64,000 bases of DNA, taken from Aulosira sp. ZfuVER01 (GTDB lineage Bacteria; Cyanobacteriota; Cyanobacteriia; Cyanobacteriales; Nostocaceae). The position numbers were made by a program, and so were the translations under genes. The first letter of the stretch is position 1; every line of letters starts with the position of its first letter. The stretch spans positions 64,001 to 128,000 of the forward strand of contig JAVRCV020000068.1 of NCBI GenBank assembly GCA_034530615.2. Reading direction: 5' to 3'. The notes beneath the pieces were generated by a model. It saw nothing but the letters and a program-made list of their open reading frames with translations, was not told the DNA's origin and did no database searches. Below are positions 11,292 through 23,528 of the stretch, piece by piece.

Positions 11292-12231
11292 CTAGGCGCG
11301 AATATCTATAACTATGTAAAGACAAGTTAAGTGTAGGGGAGCCAGTTAAGTGTAGGGTGTGTTGTCGCGCAGCGCAACGCACCGCCTACAATTAAACCAC
11401 CGATAAATCAAGATGTTTAATCAACATCTGAGGGTTTCTATCACCCAAATTACTCTTCACTGATTTGTATTGGATTTTGCTAAACAAGAATTTTGAGTTC
11501 GCTGAGAGGGAGAAAGAATAATTTTGTTGCTGTATCTGCGATCATCCTCCCTCAACGCAATCGCTTTCCCAAAGCTAGCTAGATTGCACTTTTATTAAGA
11601 TAATTTTCTAATATGTAGTGCAGGTTGGCAAAAACAACTATTACGAAAAACTGGGTATTTCAATTTCAGGACTAGATTCCGGTGTTGTTATAGAGGTTGG
11701 AGATAGAGTAGGTTTTCTGGTTTTTGCTGCCAAAATCATAGATAGCAATTTGGGAAATACAAGGCAGGCAAGAGTATTGATGAGCGTTAATAATATACAA
11801 TCTATGAAAGACATAGACTATCGCCTCCTTAATTTGATAACTTATGGGTCTATTTCCTATTGTCAATCAAAATCAGTACTTTAAACTACATTTACAATTT
11901 TGGATTTCTTTTAGCTGATATAAGTTACGTAAATATATTGATTTTACTCTGGTAGCATATAAAAATCTTTTGGGTCAGCAAGTCACACACTTAATAAAGA
12001 ACTCCACCCACAAGAGGATGGAGTTTACCTCTGACTTGCAATGAAAGAATTACACAATTTTGAGATTACGTAGATTAATTTGCTTGTGAATTGTGAATTA
12101 TAAATTCATATTTCCATCTTGACTTTTCAAGATCCAATTTTTAAATGGGATGAATCCACTACCTCTTCTTCTCCCAATGCAAAACTGCCCCTTGAGAATT
12201 TTAACTCAACCCTGCTACTCTCAAATAATTG

Positions 12232-12477
12232 TTAATTTGGAGTACACCGATCGCAGAAATGAGGACGGAATCTACAGAATGGGCCGCCTGTCAAGGGGTA
12301 AGCAGTACAATAAGGAAAAGTAGTGATAGGCACTCTAGCTTTTTGCGAACTGGAACCTTTCGGTGATGGTTCAGTAGTTTTGGCTTGAGGTGAAGTAATG
12401 ATAGATAGCAGCTTGGGGAATGCTAGACAAGCAACAGTATTGATGAGCGTCAGTAATGCAGCATCTTTTAAAACCAC
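12232..12477 (-). CDS. small hypothetical protein with Cys-rich C-terminus
   Basis: GTG start with GGGGGTG RBS-like sequence; N-terminal hydrophobic stretch. Confidence 0.55.
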   Translation of the reverse strand: MVLKDAALLTLINTVACLAFPKLLSIITSPQAKTTEPSPKGSSSQKARVPITTFPYCTAYPLTGGPFCRFRPHFCDRCTPN

Positions 12478-12709
12478 AGGTAATCACCCCCCTGTATAAA
12501 TAGGTGGTCACTATTGTTAGCTATTAGCAAAGGCTATGCAATTGCATTGATTGCCAACACATCCATTGCTTTTTAACTATATAAATTAAGATTATCATAA
12601 ATTTTTGTTAATGGAAGCGTGCGTTTTCCGAAAATGCTATACCAGAAAGCATTGTGTATATTGAAGGCATTTCTCAAAAAGTAGCCATTTACTATATAGG
12701 TGATATGTG

Positions 12710-14686
12710 ATGTCAAAAACAAAACCTGCGTCTATTTATTTATCTGATATCAGTGAACGAGAACGTTCAGCATTAAAGCGTTTGGCAGATTATACAAATG
12801 TGAATTCATTGCCAGAAATTTGGCCATTAGCAGCAAAGTTATTTAAGAATAGTATTGCTCTGCATAATCCTCATGCCAAACCAGAGGTAGTGATTAATTA
12901 CACTCAGTTAGCAGAGCAAATTCAAAAGTTTGCTGCTGGGTTACAGGCTTTAGGAGTAAAAGCAGGCGATCGCATTTCCTTAATTGCCGATAATAGTCCC
13001 AGGTGGTTTATTGTCGATCAAGGTATCATGACTGCTGGGGGCGTTGATGCGGTGCGTAGCTCTCAAGCAGAAAAGGAAGAATTACTGTTTATTGTGGCGA
13101 ATAGTGGCAGCACGGCGCTAGTAGTCGAGGATTTAAAGACCTTCAAAAAACTCCAAGATAGGCTCAACGATTTACCCGTGCAACTGGTAATCTTGCTTTC
13201 GGATGAAACACCGCCAGCAGCAGAAACTCTCAAGGTACTGAATTTTTTACAGGTAATAGAAATTGGCTCTAACCGTTCCCTAGAAACAGTTCAGCAAAAC
13301 TACGATACCCTAGCTACGCTCATTTACACTTCGGGTACTACGGGTAAGCCCAAGGGTGTAATGCTCTCTCATGGGAATTTATTGCACCAAGTGACAACTT
13401 TCGGGACAGTGGTGCAACCAAACGTAGGCGATATGGCCTTGAGTATCCTTCCTAGTTGGCATAGCTATGAAAGAACAGTGGAGTATTACTTACTTTCTCA
13501 AGGTTGTGGACAGGTTTACACTAACCTGCGTTCTGTGAAGCGAGATTTGAAAGAAATTAAACCCCATTATATGGTGGCTGTACCCCGCCTCTGGGAATCA
13601 ATTTATGAAGGAGCGCAAAAGCAGTTCCGCGAACAACCAGCCAACAAGCAACGCTTAATTAACTTTTTCTTAGACAATAGCAATAAATATATTCAAGCAA
13701 AACGCATTGCTGAGGGCCTGAGTTTAGAGCATCTACAATCTTCTGCGATGGAACGATTCTCCGCTAAGATACAAACTTCTGTTTTGTCGCCTCTCCATGC
13801 CTTAGGAGAAAAACTAGTGTATGCTAAAGTCCGAGAAGCGACAGGAGGACAACTTAAGCACGTAATTAGCGGTGGCGGCGCACTTCCCAAGCACATCGAT
13901 AACTTTTTTGAAATTATTGGTGTAGAAATTTTGCAAGGCTATGGCTTAACAGAAACATCTCCTGTGACTAATGTCCGTCGTCCTTGGCACAATGTACGTG
14001 GATCATCTGGGCCGACGCTACCCGCTACAGAAACTAAAATTGTAGATCCAGAGACTCGCAAACCTCTCCCAGTTGGGGAGCGAGGTTTGGTGTTGTTGAA
14101 GGGGCCGCAAATTATGCAAGGTTATTACCAAAATCCAGAAGCGACAGCAAAAGTAATCGACGCTGAAGGTTGGTTTGATAGCGGCGATTTGGGTTGGGTG
14201 ACACCGCAAAATGATTTGGTGCTAACTGGCAGAGCCAAGGATACTATTGTGTTAACCAACGGCGAAAATATCGAGCCACAGCCGATAGAAGATGCCTGTT
14301 TGCGATCGCCCTACATCGATCAGATTATGCTTGTTGGTCAAGATCAGCGTAGCATTGGTGCCTTGATTGTCCCCAATATTGAAGCCTTGGAAAAATGGGC
14401 AGAAACTCAACATCTGAACTCAAGTACAGAAAATGAGAATGTTACCGCCTCATCCAGTCAAAAAATAGACCTGGAGAGTAAAATAATCCAGGAATTATAT
14501 AGGAAGGAATTGAATCGGGAAGTGCAAAATCGTCCAGGCTATCGAATTGATGACCGCATTGGCCCTTTCAAACTCATTCCTGAGCCGTTTTCCATTGAAA
14601 ATGGCTTGATGACACAAACACTAAAAATCCGGCGTCATGTCGTCGCAGAACGCTATCGCGATATCATTAACGCCATGTTTGCCTGA
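12710..14686 (+). CDS. aas: long-chain acyl-CoA / acyl-ACP synthetase
   Basis: YTSGTTGKPKG, GYGLTE, DGWFDSGDLG adenylate-forming motifs. Confidence 0.9.
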   Translation: MSKTKPASIYLSDISERERSALKRLADYTNVNSLPEIWPLAAKLFKNSIALHNPHAKPEVVINYTQLAEQIQKFAAGLQALGVKAGDRISLIADNSPRWFIVDQGIMTAGGVDAVRSSQAEKEELLFIVANSGSTALVVEDLKTFKKLQDRLNDLPVQLVILLSDETPPAAETLKVLNFLQVIEIGSNRSLETVQQNYDTLATLIYTSGTTGKPKGVMLSHGNLLHQVTTFGTVVQPNVGDMALSILPSWHSYERTVEYYLLSQGCGQVYTNLRSVKRDLKEIKPHYMVAVPRLWESIYEGAQKQFREQPANKQRLINFFLDNSNKYIQAKRIAEGLSLEHLQSSAMERFSAKIQTSVLSPLHALGEKLVYAKVREATGGQLKHVISGGGALPKHIDNFFEIIGVEILQGYGLTETSPVTNVRRPWHNVRGSSGPTLPATETKIVDPETRKPLPVGERGLVLLKGPQIMQGYYQNPEATAKVIDAEGWFDSGDLGWVTPQNDLVLTGRAKDTIVLTNGENIEPQPIEDACLRSPYIDQIMLVGQDQRSIGALIVPNIEALEKWAETQHLNSSTENENVTASSSQKIDLESKIIQELYRKELNREVQNRPGYRIDDRIGPFKLIPEPFSIENGLMTQTLKIRRHVVAERYRDIINAMFA

Positions 14687-14727
14687 TAATTCCACAGACC
14701 AAAATTATAGAGTGAACGTGAAACTGT

Positions 14728-15186
14728 ATGGATGTCTCCAAATCTCAATCTCAACAATTGCTTTTGAAACGTATTGTTAATGTCAAAGTCATTGTTACTC
14801 CTCTGTGGAAAGAGGAAATACAACAGCAACTGCAAGCCCAGATCAATCAAACCGATCAGCAATTGCAACAACTAGACATTGAAGGACAAAGAGCAATTAC
14901 TGCTATTCAAAAGCAGAGTTTGCAACCACCAGGTCCCCAAACCCTCCAACAAATTGACAATATTCAACTCCAAGTCAATCAAAAGAAAAGCGAACTGCTA
15001 GAGCAAAAAAATCAATTCCTGCAAAACCTCCAGCAAGTACAGTTTCTTGAGTTGGATCAGGAAGTCAACCAATTCCAAATGGAAGGCTTTTTCCGCATAG
15101 AACCTGGTGATAATTTAATTAGCAAAACCCAGGTTGAAATTGTTTTGCGTGATGGCATTGTAGAAGAAATTCGTGGCGATATCTAA
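14728..15186 (+). CDS. YlqD-family coiled-coil protein
   Basis: LKRIVNVKVIVTPLWKEE...EIVLRDGIVEEIR; follows aas. Confidence 0.8.
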   Translation: MDVSKSQSQQLLLKRIVNVKVIVTPLWKEEIQQQLQAQINQTDQQLQQLDIEGQRAITAIQKQSLQPPGPQTLQQIDNIQLQVNQKKSELLEQKNQFLQNLQQVQFLELDQEVNQFQMEGFFRIEPGDNLISKTQVEIVLRDGIVEEIRGDI

Positions 15187-15349
15187 ATTGGTCACTTGTC
15201 ATTTGTGGTTTTACTCGCTCATGACTCATGACTCATACAAAGGCATCTACTGACCTTTTTAAGCACTCTTGTTTTAATTCCATGTCACTGGCGACAATAC
15301 AAGAAACTGCCTGTGGCGTGGATTTCTTCACTTAGCAAACTTTTCCAAA

Positions 15350-15925
15350 CTAACTTCCAGCTTTATATTCGCCAATTGGGGGTTGGCAGTTTTGGTTTAA
15401 ATTCTTTTTGAGGCGGTTCCCAGTCCGACATTGCACCTGGGAACCAGCCCATACAATTTGCCATACAGGCGGTGAACTAACTAACAGCGATCGCCCAAAA
15501 GTTGTCATCGCCACTCGATATTTCACTGCACTGTCTAAACGATCGCTCTGGTTAAGTTGCGTAATCGTCACTAAAGCCTGATTTCGTTGCGGATAAACTA
15601 TCTCTACCTTACGTGTTCCTACCTCTGATGCTGTATCATCAAAAGCACTCAAGGCGAGAGTAGCTGGATCGCTACCTTGGAGAGTAGAGTTAATACTTGC
15701 AAGCGGTATAGTTTTATAGTGGCTACGCTCTGGATAGGTTTCAACATCTTGAGATATCTGAGTTGCTGTTACCTGCTGTGCTTGACCATTTCTCGTCTCA
15801 AGACTTTGTGCAGATGGCTGGTGTTCAGAGAAATAAACTCCTGCGCCAGCAGTGGCAAACAGACCTATCATCACAATCAAGAACAATTTCCACTTTACTG
15901 TCATAAAATTAAACAAAAATTTCAA
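15350..15925 (-). CDS. exported hypothetical protein
   Basis: N-terminal TM/signal segment; WQIVWAGSQVQCR C-terminal motif. Confidence 0.65.
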   Translation of the reverse strand: MKFLFNFMTVKWKLFLIVMIGLFATAGAGVYFSEHQPSAQSLETRNGQAQQVTATQISQDVETYPERSHYKTIPLASINSTLQGSDPATLALSAFDDTASEVGTRKVEIVYPQRNQALVTITQLNQSDRLDSAVKYRVAMTTFGRSLLVSSPPVWQIVWAGSQVQCRTGNRLKKNLNQNCQPPIGEYKAGS

Positions 15926-16365
15926 ACAAGTAAATTATTAATTTTGAATTTTAGATTGAAGCTTAACCGCCGAGCCTCTACCTTCTGGTTATCAGTAGCC
16001 TTTATTGTATGGTGGGTGATTATACGGAAAATAGAGATAAATAACAAACTCATTTGATTGCTGAACAACTTGCTGTGGACGTTGACTGTTAGCTCATACT
16101 TTGCGATCGCAATTGCATCGTGAAGAACCATTGAGAATTGCTATATTATTTAGACCTTCATTTCGTCTTTAGGTTCCTTGGGCATGGGGCATTGGTGATT
16201 TGTCATTTGTCCTCCTTGTCCCCCTTGTCCTCCTTGTCCCCCTTGCCCCCTGCCTCCTGCCTTTCTTGGTTAAAAATCTCCAACCTAAAACCCTCGTGCC
16301 AAGATACAATTCGATCTGGTAAAAGCTGTTAAAGTCCATAAATTCATTGATTCTGAAACCACCCT

Positions 16366-17667
16366 ATGAGCATTTACGAAGTATTTATGCCGGCGCTGAG
16401 TTCCACCATGACCGAAGGCAAGATTGTTTCTTGGGTGAAGTCGCCAGGCGATAAAGTGGAAAAAGGCGAAACAGTGGTGGTTGTCGAGTCAGATAAGGCA
16501 GATATGGATGTGGAATCCTTTTATGAAGGATATTTGGCTCACATCTTAGTGCAAGCTGGTGAATCTGCGGCTGTAGGAAATGCGATCGCTTTCATTGCTG
16601 AAACAGAAGCTGAAATCGAAACTGCTAAATCTGCTGCTAATTCTGGTAGCGCTGCTGCGCCTGCCACCACCTCTCCCGAACCAATTGCGGCAAGTGTTTC
16701 GGCTCCAACACCAGCTTTGGCGTCTCAAAATGGCTCAAACCACCGAGAAGGAAGGCTCGTAGTTTCACCCCGCGCTCGGAAGTTGGCAAAAGAGCTAAAA
16801 GTTGATTTGAAGACGCTTCAAGGCAGTGGCCCCTACGGTCGTATTATTGCTGAGGATGTGGAAGCAGCTGCAAATCAGGGTAAGCCCGCCGCTACCGCAC
16901 CAGTTGCACCGCCACCATCTGTACCAACAACCACTCCAGTAGCACCACTATCTCGTCCAGCCGCACCCGCACCCGCCGCCGCTAGTGCTGTTCCGGGTCA
17001 GATAGCACCTTTCACTACTTTCCAGAGTGCATTAGTCCGGAACATGGTAGCTACCCTATCTGTACCTGTCTTCCGCGTGGGTTACACAATTACCACTGAT
17101 GGACTAGACAAGCTTTATAAGCAGATTAAATCCAAAGGTGTGACCATGACAGCGCTATTGGCGAAAGCTGTAGCAGTAACGCTGCAAAAACACCCATTAC
17201 TCAATGCTAGCTACTCAGAGCAAGGAATTGTCTATCATTCTGATATCAACATTTCCGTAGCTGTAGCAATGGATGATGGCGGATTGATTACACCTGTGTT
17301 AAAAAATGCAGACTTAGTAGATATTTATTCCTTATCGCGCAGTTGGAAGTCTTTGGTAGACCGTGCGAGAGCAAAACAACTGCAACCAGACGAATACAAC
17401 AGCGGCACTTTTACTGTGTCCAACTTGGGGATGTTTGGTGTAGACACATTTGATGCGATTTTACCAACCGGACAAGGTGCGATTTTAGCAATTGGTGCAT
17501 CTCGCCCGCAAGTTGTAGCAACACCTGATGGTTTGTTTGCTGTGCGTCAACAAATGCAGGTAAATATTACCGCCGATCATCGAATTATTTACGGTGCTCA
17601 TGCTGCTGCATTCTTGCAAGATTTAGCTAAATTGATTGAGACAGATGCTCAATCTTTGACACTGTAA
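16366..17667 (+). CDS. pdhC: pyruvate dehydrogenase E2, dihydrolipoamide acetyltransferase
   Basis: Lipoyl domain ESDKAD, E3-binding SPRARKLA, catalytic DHRIIYG. Confidence 0.97.
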   Translation: MSIYEVFMPALSSTMTEGKIVSWVKSPGDKVEKGETVVVVESDKADMDVESFYEGYLAHILVQAGESAAVGNAIAFIAETEAEIETAKSAANSGSAAAPATTSPEPIAASVSAPTPALASQNGSNHREGRLVVSPRARKLAKELKVDLKTLQGSGPYGRIIAEDVEAAANQGKPAATAPVAPPPSVPTTTPVAPLSRPAAPAPAAASAVPGQIAPFTTFQSALVRNMVATLSVPVFRVGYTITTDGLDKLYKQIKSKGVTMTALLAKAVAVTLQKHPLLNASYSEQGIVYHSDINISVAVAMDDGGLITPVLKNADLVDIYSLSRSWKSLVDRARAKQLQPDEYNSGTFTVSNLGMFGVDTFDAILPTGQGAILAIGASRPQVVATPDGLFAVRQQMQVNITADHRIIYGAHAAAFLQDLAKLIETDAQSLTL

Positions 17668-17700
17668 TCAAAATTTCTTAATCGAAGAAAGTTAAATTTT

Positions 17701-17732
17701 AGACTTGGAGATAAATCAACTCCAAGTCTTTC
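17701..17732 (+). terminator. intrinsic terminator after pdhC
   Basis: agacttggag...ctccaagtct hairpin with T-rich tail. Confidence 0.65.
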
Positions 17733-18343
17733 TATTTTGTTAGTTAAGTAAGTCGCTGGAGAAATTTATAGATATGTAACAAACAGTTCACCATAAGAAC
17801 GAAAGTTAAATCTTACACGTTACGTGCTGTAGTTTCACTTTCTCCTCTTGTTTAAATTCCATCAATCACAGCATAGGCAATGTATAACTCATCCTCAAAA
17901 GTTTTCGAGGCTAGTTCATCTTTTTTAGGTGTTGCCACTCCAATACACGGCTACTCATATCGTTGTTACCGTACTAGATACATTATATGTATTTACTTAT
18001 CTTCACATAGTTTGGTTTTTTAAGTCTTTCTACTTATATAGAAGGATAGTTATTTATCATAAAAACCTATCTTTTGATAGATATAATCTAAGAGCTTTTA
18101 TTATAGATTAACTTATATTAAGTCATAAGATAACAATATTAATAATTAAAAGTTAAATTTATAGCTATTAAAAACTGCTGATTAAATAATATGAGTTAAG
18201 GGCTAATTTATTTTCAATATTTGACAATACTTATCAAAAAAATCTAGAGTCTTCTGATACTAAAACTTTCCAATCTCATGGAAATATAAAATTTATTTGT
18301 AACTTTCCAAAAATTTATTTAGATAAATACTAATTTTTATTTT

Positions 18344-20559
18344 ATGAATAATCTTAACATAATCTTGCAATTAATTTCCCTTTTTTGGCCTTCGATATTT
18401 CTTTTAATTTTGATTATAGCTTTTACTATATATCCTTTTTATCATATAAGAACGAAAAAGATAGATTCTTATATTAGGGATATAAGAAAATTTACATTAG
18501 CTTTTATTAATAACACTATTGAATTAGCAACAATTATTATAGTTATTATTTTGTCGATAAGGCTATTGTTTAGCATATTCAATAATGAGTTTTTTTTAGA
18601 TATAGTTAGAATTATAAAAAAAGACGAAATAAGTGTATTATTTAACTATATTGTAAATCTTTTACAGGTTATATGCATTATATTTTTACTGGGAACTATA
18701 GTTTTATTTTTAAGGTGGTTATCTAGTAAAGCCAAAGGTACAGTAATTCTTCCATTTGAGGATACAACAAACGAAAAATTTGGAAAAAAAGTCGGACAAG
18801 CAATTAGTGATTCTCTATCCTCCGAACTCCACCGAATTTGGCAAATTTATGTAAGTTATTCAGATATTCTTGAGCGTGAAGAAGAGTTTATAAGGCTTGA
18901 AACACAAAACCTGTTCTATCCTTCTCCAATAAGTTCTAATCAAGAACAACTTATAAATCAATTAGTTAATGTTGGAACTTTAGAGTATGGTAAGACAAAA
19001 TTTTCTATAGGTGCGTTACTTTTAATATTAAAATATTTATGGCCTTTCGGTGGAGTAGAACGCTTAATTACAGGAAGTATACAAGCATTGGGTTCAAAGA
19101 TTCGTTTAGTAGTTAAATTAGAATCTGGTAATGAAATAAAAATATGGGAAGTAACCCACGAAAATGTAGAGAATGGGTTATTCCCTGAAATAATAAGAGA
19201 GCTTGCTTACAAACTTAGCCAATTTTTAATATCTAATAATCAACAAAGCTCATGGAAAGCATTTAAAAATTATACTGAAGCTATTTCTAAGTTTAATGAA
19301 TATCGGACAAATAAAGACTTTTATAAATTAACGCAACAGTTTGCCGAACTAAATGAATTGTGTATAAATAACTCTTTGAAACAACTTGAAGAATCATTAG
19401 GATATTGTTTGCAAGCTATAAATCATGACGTTTATAATCCGGATATTTCAGTTTTTATGTATTATCTTGGAGCTTCTTATATTGAAGTAGGAAAGCTTGA
19501 TATTGCAAAAAAATTATTCACTTATGCTATGAAAATTGATAAAATATATATTTCTACATTGGTCTTGCAAATGTATACTTAAAACAAGAAAAATATAATT
19601 ATGCTAGCGAGTATTATGAATACGTTAAGGGGAAAGATGATAAATTACCTTATTCCTATAACGGGCTTGGAATTATATATGCCATAAAGGGAGAGTATAT
19701 TAAAGCGCTTGATTATTATAATGAAGCTATAAAGCGAAAGGAAAATTTTTGGAAACCTTATCATAATAGAGCCATCCTATTATTATATCATTTTTCACAC
19801 AATAATAAAGCTAGAATGATTGCAAGAATAGATATTGGGCAAGCCAAATCACATTCAAGATATAAAAATGCAGCACCTTATTCTGCACTAGGTTTAATAA
19901 ATTTTCATGATGCAATTGAAAATAAATTTTCAAATAATGAAGGACAAATTGAATTAACAGAAGAAGGAAAAAAATTATTAACAGCGGCACGATTAGAAAT
20001 ACAACAGGCTATAAATATTGAATATGAACCTTCTTATTATCCTGAATATTATTGGAATTTGGGCTTAATATTACTTTGGCAATGCAACTTAGAAGAAACT
20101 TATAATGCTTGGCAAAAGGCTTTCAGTTTTGCATTAAAATATAAAGAGAATGAAATTTGTAAAACTGTTTATGAATATGCTTTAAATATTTTAAATAATA
20201 AAAATACGACAGAGTCATCTAATACTTTTAATTATAAAGAATATTTGAGCAAAATTCAGACTCGTCTAAATGAAGCAGGACAATCATCTAAAACCGGACG
20301 TATTGAAATGATGCTAGACGATCTTTACACAATTCAAGAAGCCGCAAATATTTGGAATAAAAAGCAATTATTGAACTTGGAAGAATTGGGAAAGATTATT
20401 GAAGTTTTTAAGGATAAAATTGGTAAGCATACAAAACCTCAAAATAATAACGAAGATAAATCTAAGGAGAATGATAGCAAGGTAGATAAGCTTTTAGATA
20501 AACTGTATTCAAGCTATTCTCATAAGGGGATGACAAATCAGATACAGCACACAAAATAG
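18344..20559 (+). pseudogene. frameshifted membrane-anchored TPR protein, low GC
   Basis: ORF 18344-19582 shifts near 19545 into the frame of ORF 19816-20559; the bridging frame encodes TPRs (YFYIGLANVYLKQEKY, YNGLGIIYAIKGEYIKALDYYNEAI). Confidence 0.75.
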
Positions 20560-20812
20560 AGGAGTATGATCGTTTTGAGATCACAGAATAGGTCAAGTCT
20601 TCTCAAAAAGACCTATCAAATGATAATTTAATCTCAATTCAACAAGAACTGCTTTCAAAATGTACTGGCACCCTTGCAGAAAAGATGCTCTCAATCTTAA
20701 TTATGGTCGTTCGAAATAACAATGTTAATTTTACTCAGAAAATCATAACATCCTGACCAAAATAGGTATCTTTGGCGTAAATTTTCAAAGTAATTGATAA
20801 TAGGATACTTGT

Positions 20813-21181
20813 ATGGCAGACAAGGAAATTGTCAATTTTATTAGTGGACATCTAGACCTAACTCAGGCGGAATTTGATTTGCACTACCGCTTTTTGATTG
20901 ATCGGGCTATCGAACAATATCAAAGTTTTGTTGTGGGAGATGCGCGAGGTGCAGATTTACTTGCACAGCAATATCTTTTTGCAAAAACAGACGCGGTTGT
21001 TGTCTATCATATGTTCACGAGTCCTCGGAATAACGTTGGATTTTCAACTCGCGGTGGATTTGAAAGTGACGCAGAGCGAGATGCACAAATGACACGTGAT
21101 TCTCATCAAGATATTGCTTGGGTAAGACCAGGTAGAGAACGGTCTGGAACACAGGCGAATCTAGATAGAAGGTTCATATAG
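20813..21181 (+). CDS. small SLOG/YspA-like protein
   Basis: FISGH, VVGDARGAD, RDAQMT, SGT motifs resemble the SLOG fold. Confidence 0.6.
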   Translation: MADKEIVNFISGHLDLTQAEFDLHYRFLIDRAIEQYQSFVVGDARGADLLAQQYLFAKTDAVVVYHMFTSPRNNVGFSTRGGFESDAERDAQMTRDSHQDIAWVRPGRERSGTQANLDRRFI

Positions 21182-21218
21182 CTTGGTAATTTCGTAAACT
21201 GCGGTTGTTTTCGGCAAA

Positions 21219-22700
21219 ATGCTCAATCAAAACCAAACACCATTAATAGACGCTTTAAAAGCTTGTGCAGCAAGCCCTCATACTCCCTTTTACACTCCAG
21301 GACATAAACGGGGAGAGGGAATTGCTCAACCCTTAGCTGATTTACTTGGTAAAGCTGTGTTTAGCGCTGATTTAACAGAGTTAGGGGATTTAGATAATTT
21401 GTTTGCACCCCAAGGCGCGATCCGACAGGCGCAACAACTTGCGGCTGAAGCTTTTGGCGCTAAACAAACATGGTTTTTGGTCAATGGTTCTACCTGTGGA
21501 ATAGAAGCAGCTATTCTCGCTACTTGTGGCACAGGGGATAAAATTATTCTGCCGCGAAATGTGCATTCCTCTGCGATCGCCGGTTTAATTCTCTCTGGTG
21601 CTATACCAATTTTTCTCAATCCTGAATACGATCCAGTTTTAGATATTGCCCACAGTATTACACCAACTGCCGTAAAATCTGCCTTACAACAGCATCCCGA
21701 TGCAAAAGCAGTGTTCGCACTGTACCCAACATATTACGGCGTTTGTGGAGATTTGGAAGCGATCGCCCAAATTACCCATAGCTACAATATCCCTTTACTC
21801 GTAGATGAAGCCCACGGCGCACACTTTGCTTTTCATCCCGAATTACCTACCCCAGCCTTAGCCTCTGGTGCAGATTTAACTGTACAATCCATCCACAAAA
21901 CTCTGGGTGCAATGACCCAAGCTTCCATGCTGCACGTTCAAGGAAACAGGATAGATTGCGATCGTGTAACTAAAGCTTTGCAATTAGTCCAGTCTACCAG
22001 CCCCAGCTATATACTTTTAGCTTCCCTGGATGCGGCACGTCAGCAAATGGCATTGCATGGCAAACAGCTCATGTCTCGTACTTTGCAACTTGCAGATGCA
22101 GCCAGAACCAGAATTAGCCAAATTTCGGGTTTATCGGTTTTAGATATTCCCCAAGTAAAATCATCTGGCTTTGTAGCTTTGGATAGAACCCGCCTCACTG
22201 TCAAGGTTTCTGGCTTAGGTCTAACAGGATTTGAGGCTGAGGAAATTTTAGATGAAAAACTTGGCGTTACGGCTGAATTCTCGTCGCTGCAACATCTGAC
22301 GTTTATTATTAGTCTCGGCAATACCCAAGCTGATATTGAGCAGTTGGTTCGGGGTTTTACTACTTTGGCTCAGATAACCCCACCGCTACCGGAAAAAAAG
22401 CAGTTCATTTTCTGGGATGATATTTTTAAGTTGGGTAATTCTGTGCAAATTTCTCCCCGTCAGGCCTTTTTTACCCCTACAGAAACTTTACCTCTAGAAG
22501 AAACGAGCGATCGCATCTGTGCAGAAATTGTTTGCCCCTATCCCCCAGGAATACCCATATTAATGCCTGGAGAATTAATTACTAAATCTGCTCTTGAATA
22601 CTTGCGACACATCCAAGCAACAGGTGGATTGATTACTGGTTGCCAAGATTTGAGCCTCACAAATCTTAAAGTTCTCATAGAAGGAGACAACCTATTGTAA
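21219..22700 (+). CDS. PLP-dependent Orn/Lys/Arg decarboxylase
   Basis: TPGHK, VNGST, DEAHGAH, QSIHK, PYPPGIP. Confidence 0.92.
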   Translation: MLNQNQTPLIDALKACAASPHTPFYTPGHKRGEGIAQPLADLLGKAVFSADLTELGDLDNLFAPQGAIRQAQQLAAEAFGAKQTWFLVNGSTCGIEAAILATCGTGDKIILPRNVHSSAIAGLILSGAIPIFLNPEYDPVLDIAHSITPTAVKSALQQHPDAKAVFALYPTYYGVCGDLEAIAQITHSYNIPLLVDEAHGAHFAFHPELPTPALASGADLTVQSIHKTLGAMTQASMLHVQGNRIDCDRVTKALQLVQSTSPSYILLASLDAARQQMALHGKQLMSRTLQLADAARTRISQISGLSVLDIPQVKSSGFVALDRTRLTVKVSGLGLTGFEAEEILDEKLGVTAEFSSLQHLTFIISLGNTQADIEQLVRGFTTLAQITPPLPEKKQFIFWDDIFKLGNSVQISPRQAFFTPTETLPLEETSDRICAEIVCPYPPGIPILMPGELITKSALEYLRHIQATGGLITGCQDLSLTNLKVLIEGDNLL

Positions 22701-23023
22701 TGAGGTTAGTAACGCTTAGTGAAATTCACAATTCACAATTTGTAATATCAATTTTAAAACAATAATGCGATAGATGAGTAAGGCACGAAGAGAAGAAGTA
22801 TAGAGAGAATTTGGCGCGGCTTGACAAAGACGGAATGAGTTATGAAAATTATTTTTTAACTAACCGCAAAGTAGGCGAAGCAGAAAATTTTACGAAATAT
22901 GTAAGACTACTATATTTATCATATTGACATGAGAAATATTTCCGGAGATTATAGAAATATCTCTCGATGAAAAAAGTATTAAAATTTTACTGTCCCATTA
23001 ATAAGTTTACAAAAATAGATAAT

Positions 23024-23524
23024 ATGAAAATTAAAATTTTGATCTCAGTAGTTGCTATTTCACTAGTAACCACTGTTAACGGAGTAGTTTTTGCTCAAAC
23101 TCCTAATAGGACAACTGCACCTGCTACAAATACTCAAGACCCAGATAAGATAAATAACATCAAGAAATTATTAGAAATAACTGGGACAAAAACCCTCTCA
23201 AGACAAATCATCAATCAAATGCTAGTTGCTTTGAAAGGCGAATATCCTCAAGTACCGCAAAAATTTTGGGATACTTTTGTAGCAGAGCTAAAACCAGAGG
23301 ATATGACCAATGAATTTATTCCTATTTACAGCAAATATTTTACAAATGATGAGATAAAACAAATCATTGCCTTTTATCAAACACCAATAGGACAAAAAAC
23401 TCTTACGGTTCTTCCTCAGCTTTCTAGAGAATCGGCAGCTATTGGTATAAGATATGGAAAAGAAGCTGCCGCTAGAGCTATTAAGAAATTAGAAGCCGAA
23501 GGATATATTCACCGTCGTCAGTAA
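23024..23524 (+). CDS. DUF2059-like exported protein
   Basis: Signal peptide; YSKYFTNDEIKQIIAFYQTPIGQK. Confidence 0.8.
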   Translation: MKIKILISVVAISLVTTVNGVVFAQTPNRTTAPATNTQDPDKINNIKKLLEITGTKTLSRQIINQMLVALKGEYPQVPQKFWDTFVAELKPEDMTNEFIPIYSKYFTNDEIKQIIAFYQTPIGQKTLTVLPQLSRESAAIGIRYGKEAAARAIKKLEAEGYIHRRQ

Positions 23525-23528
23525 AAGT

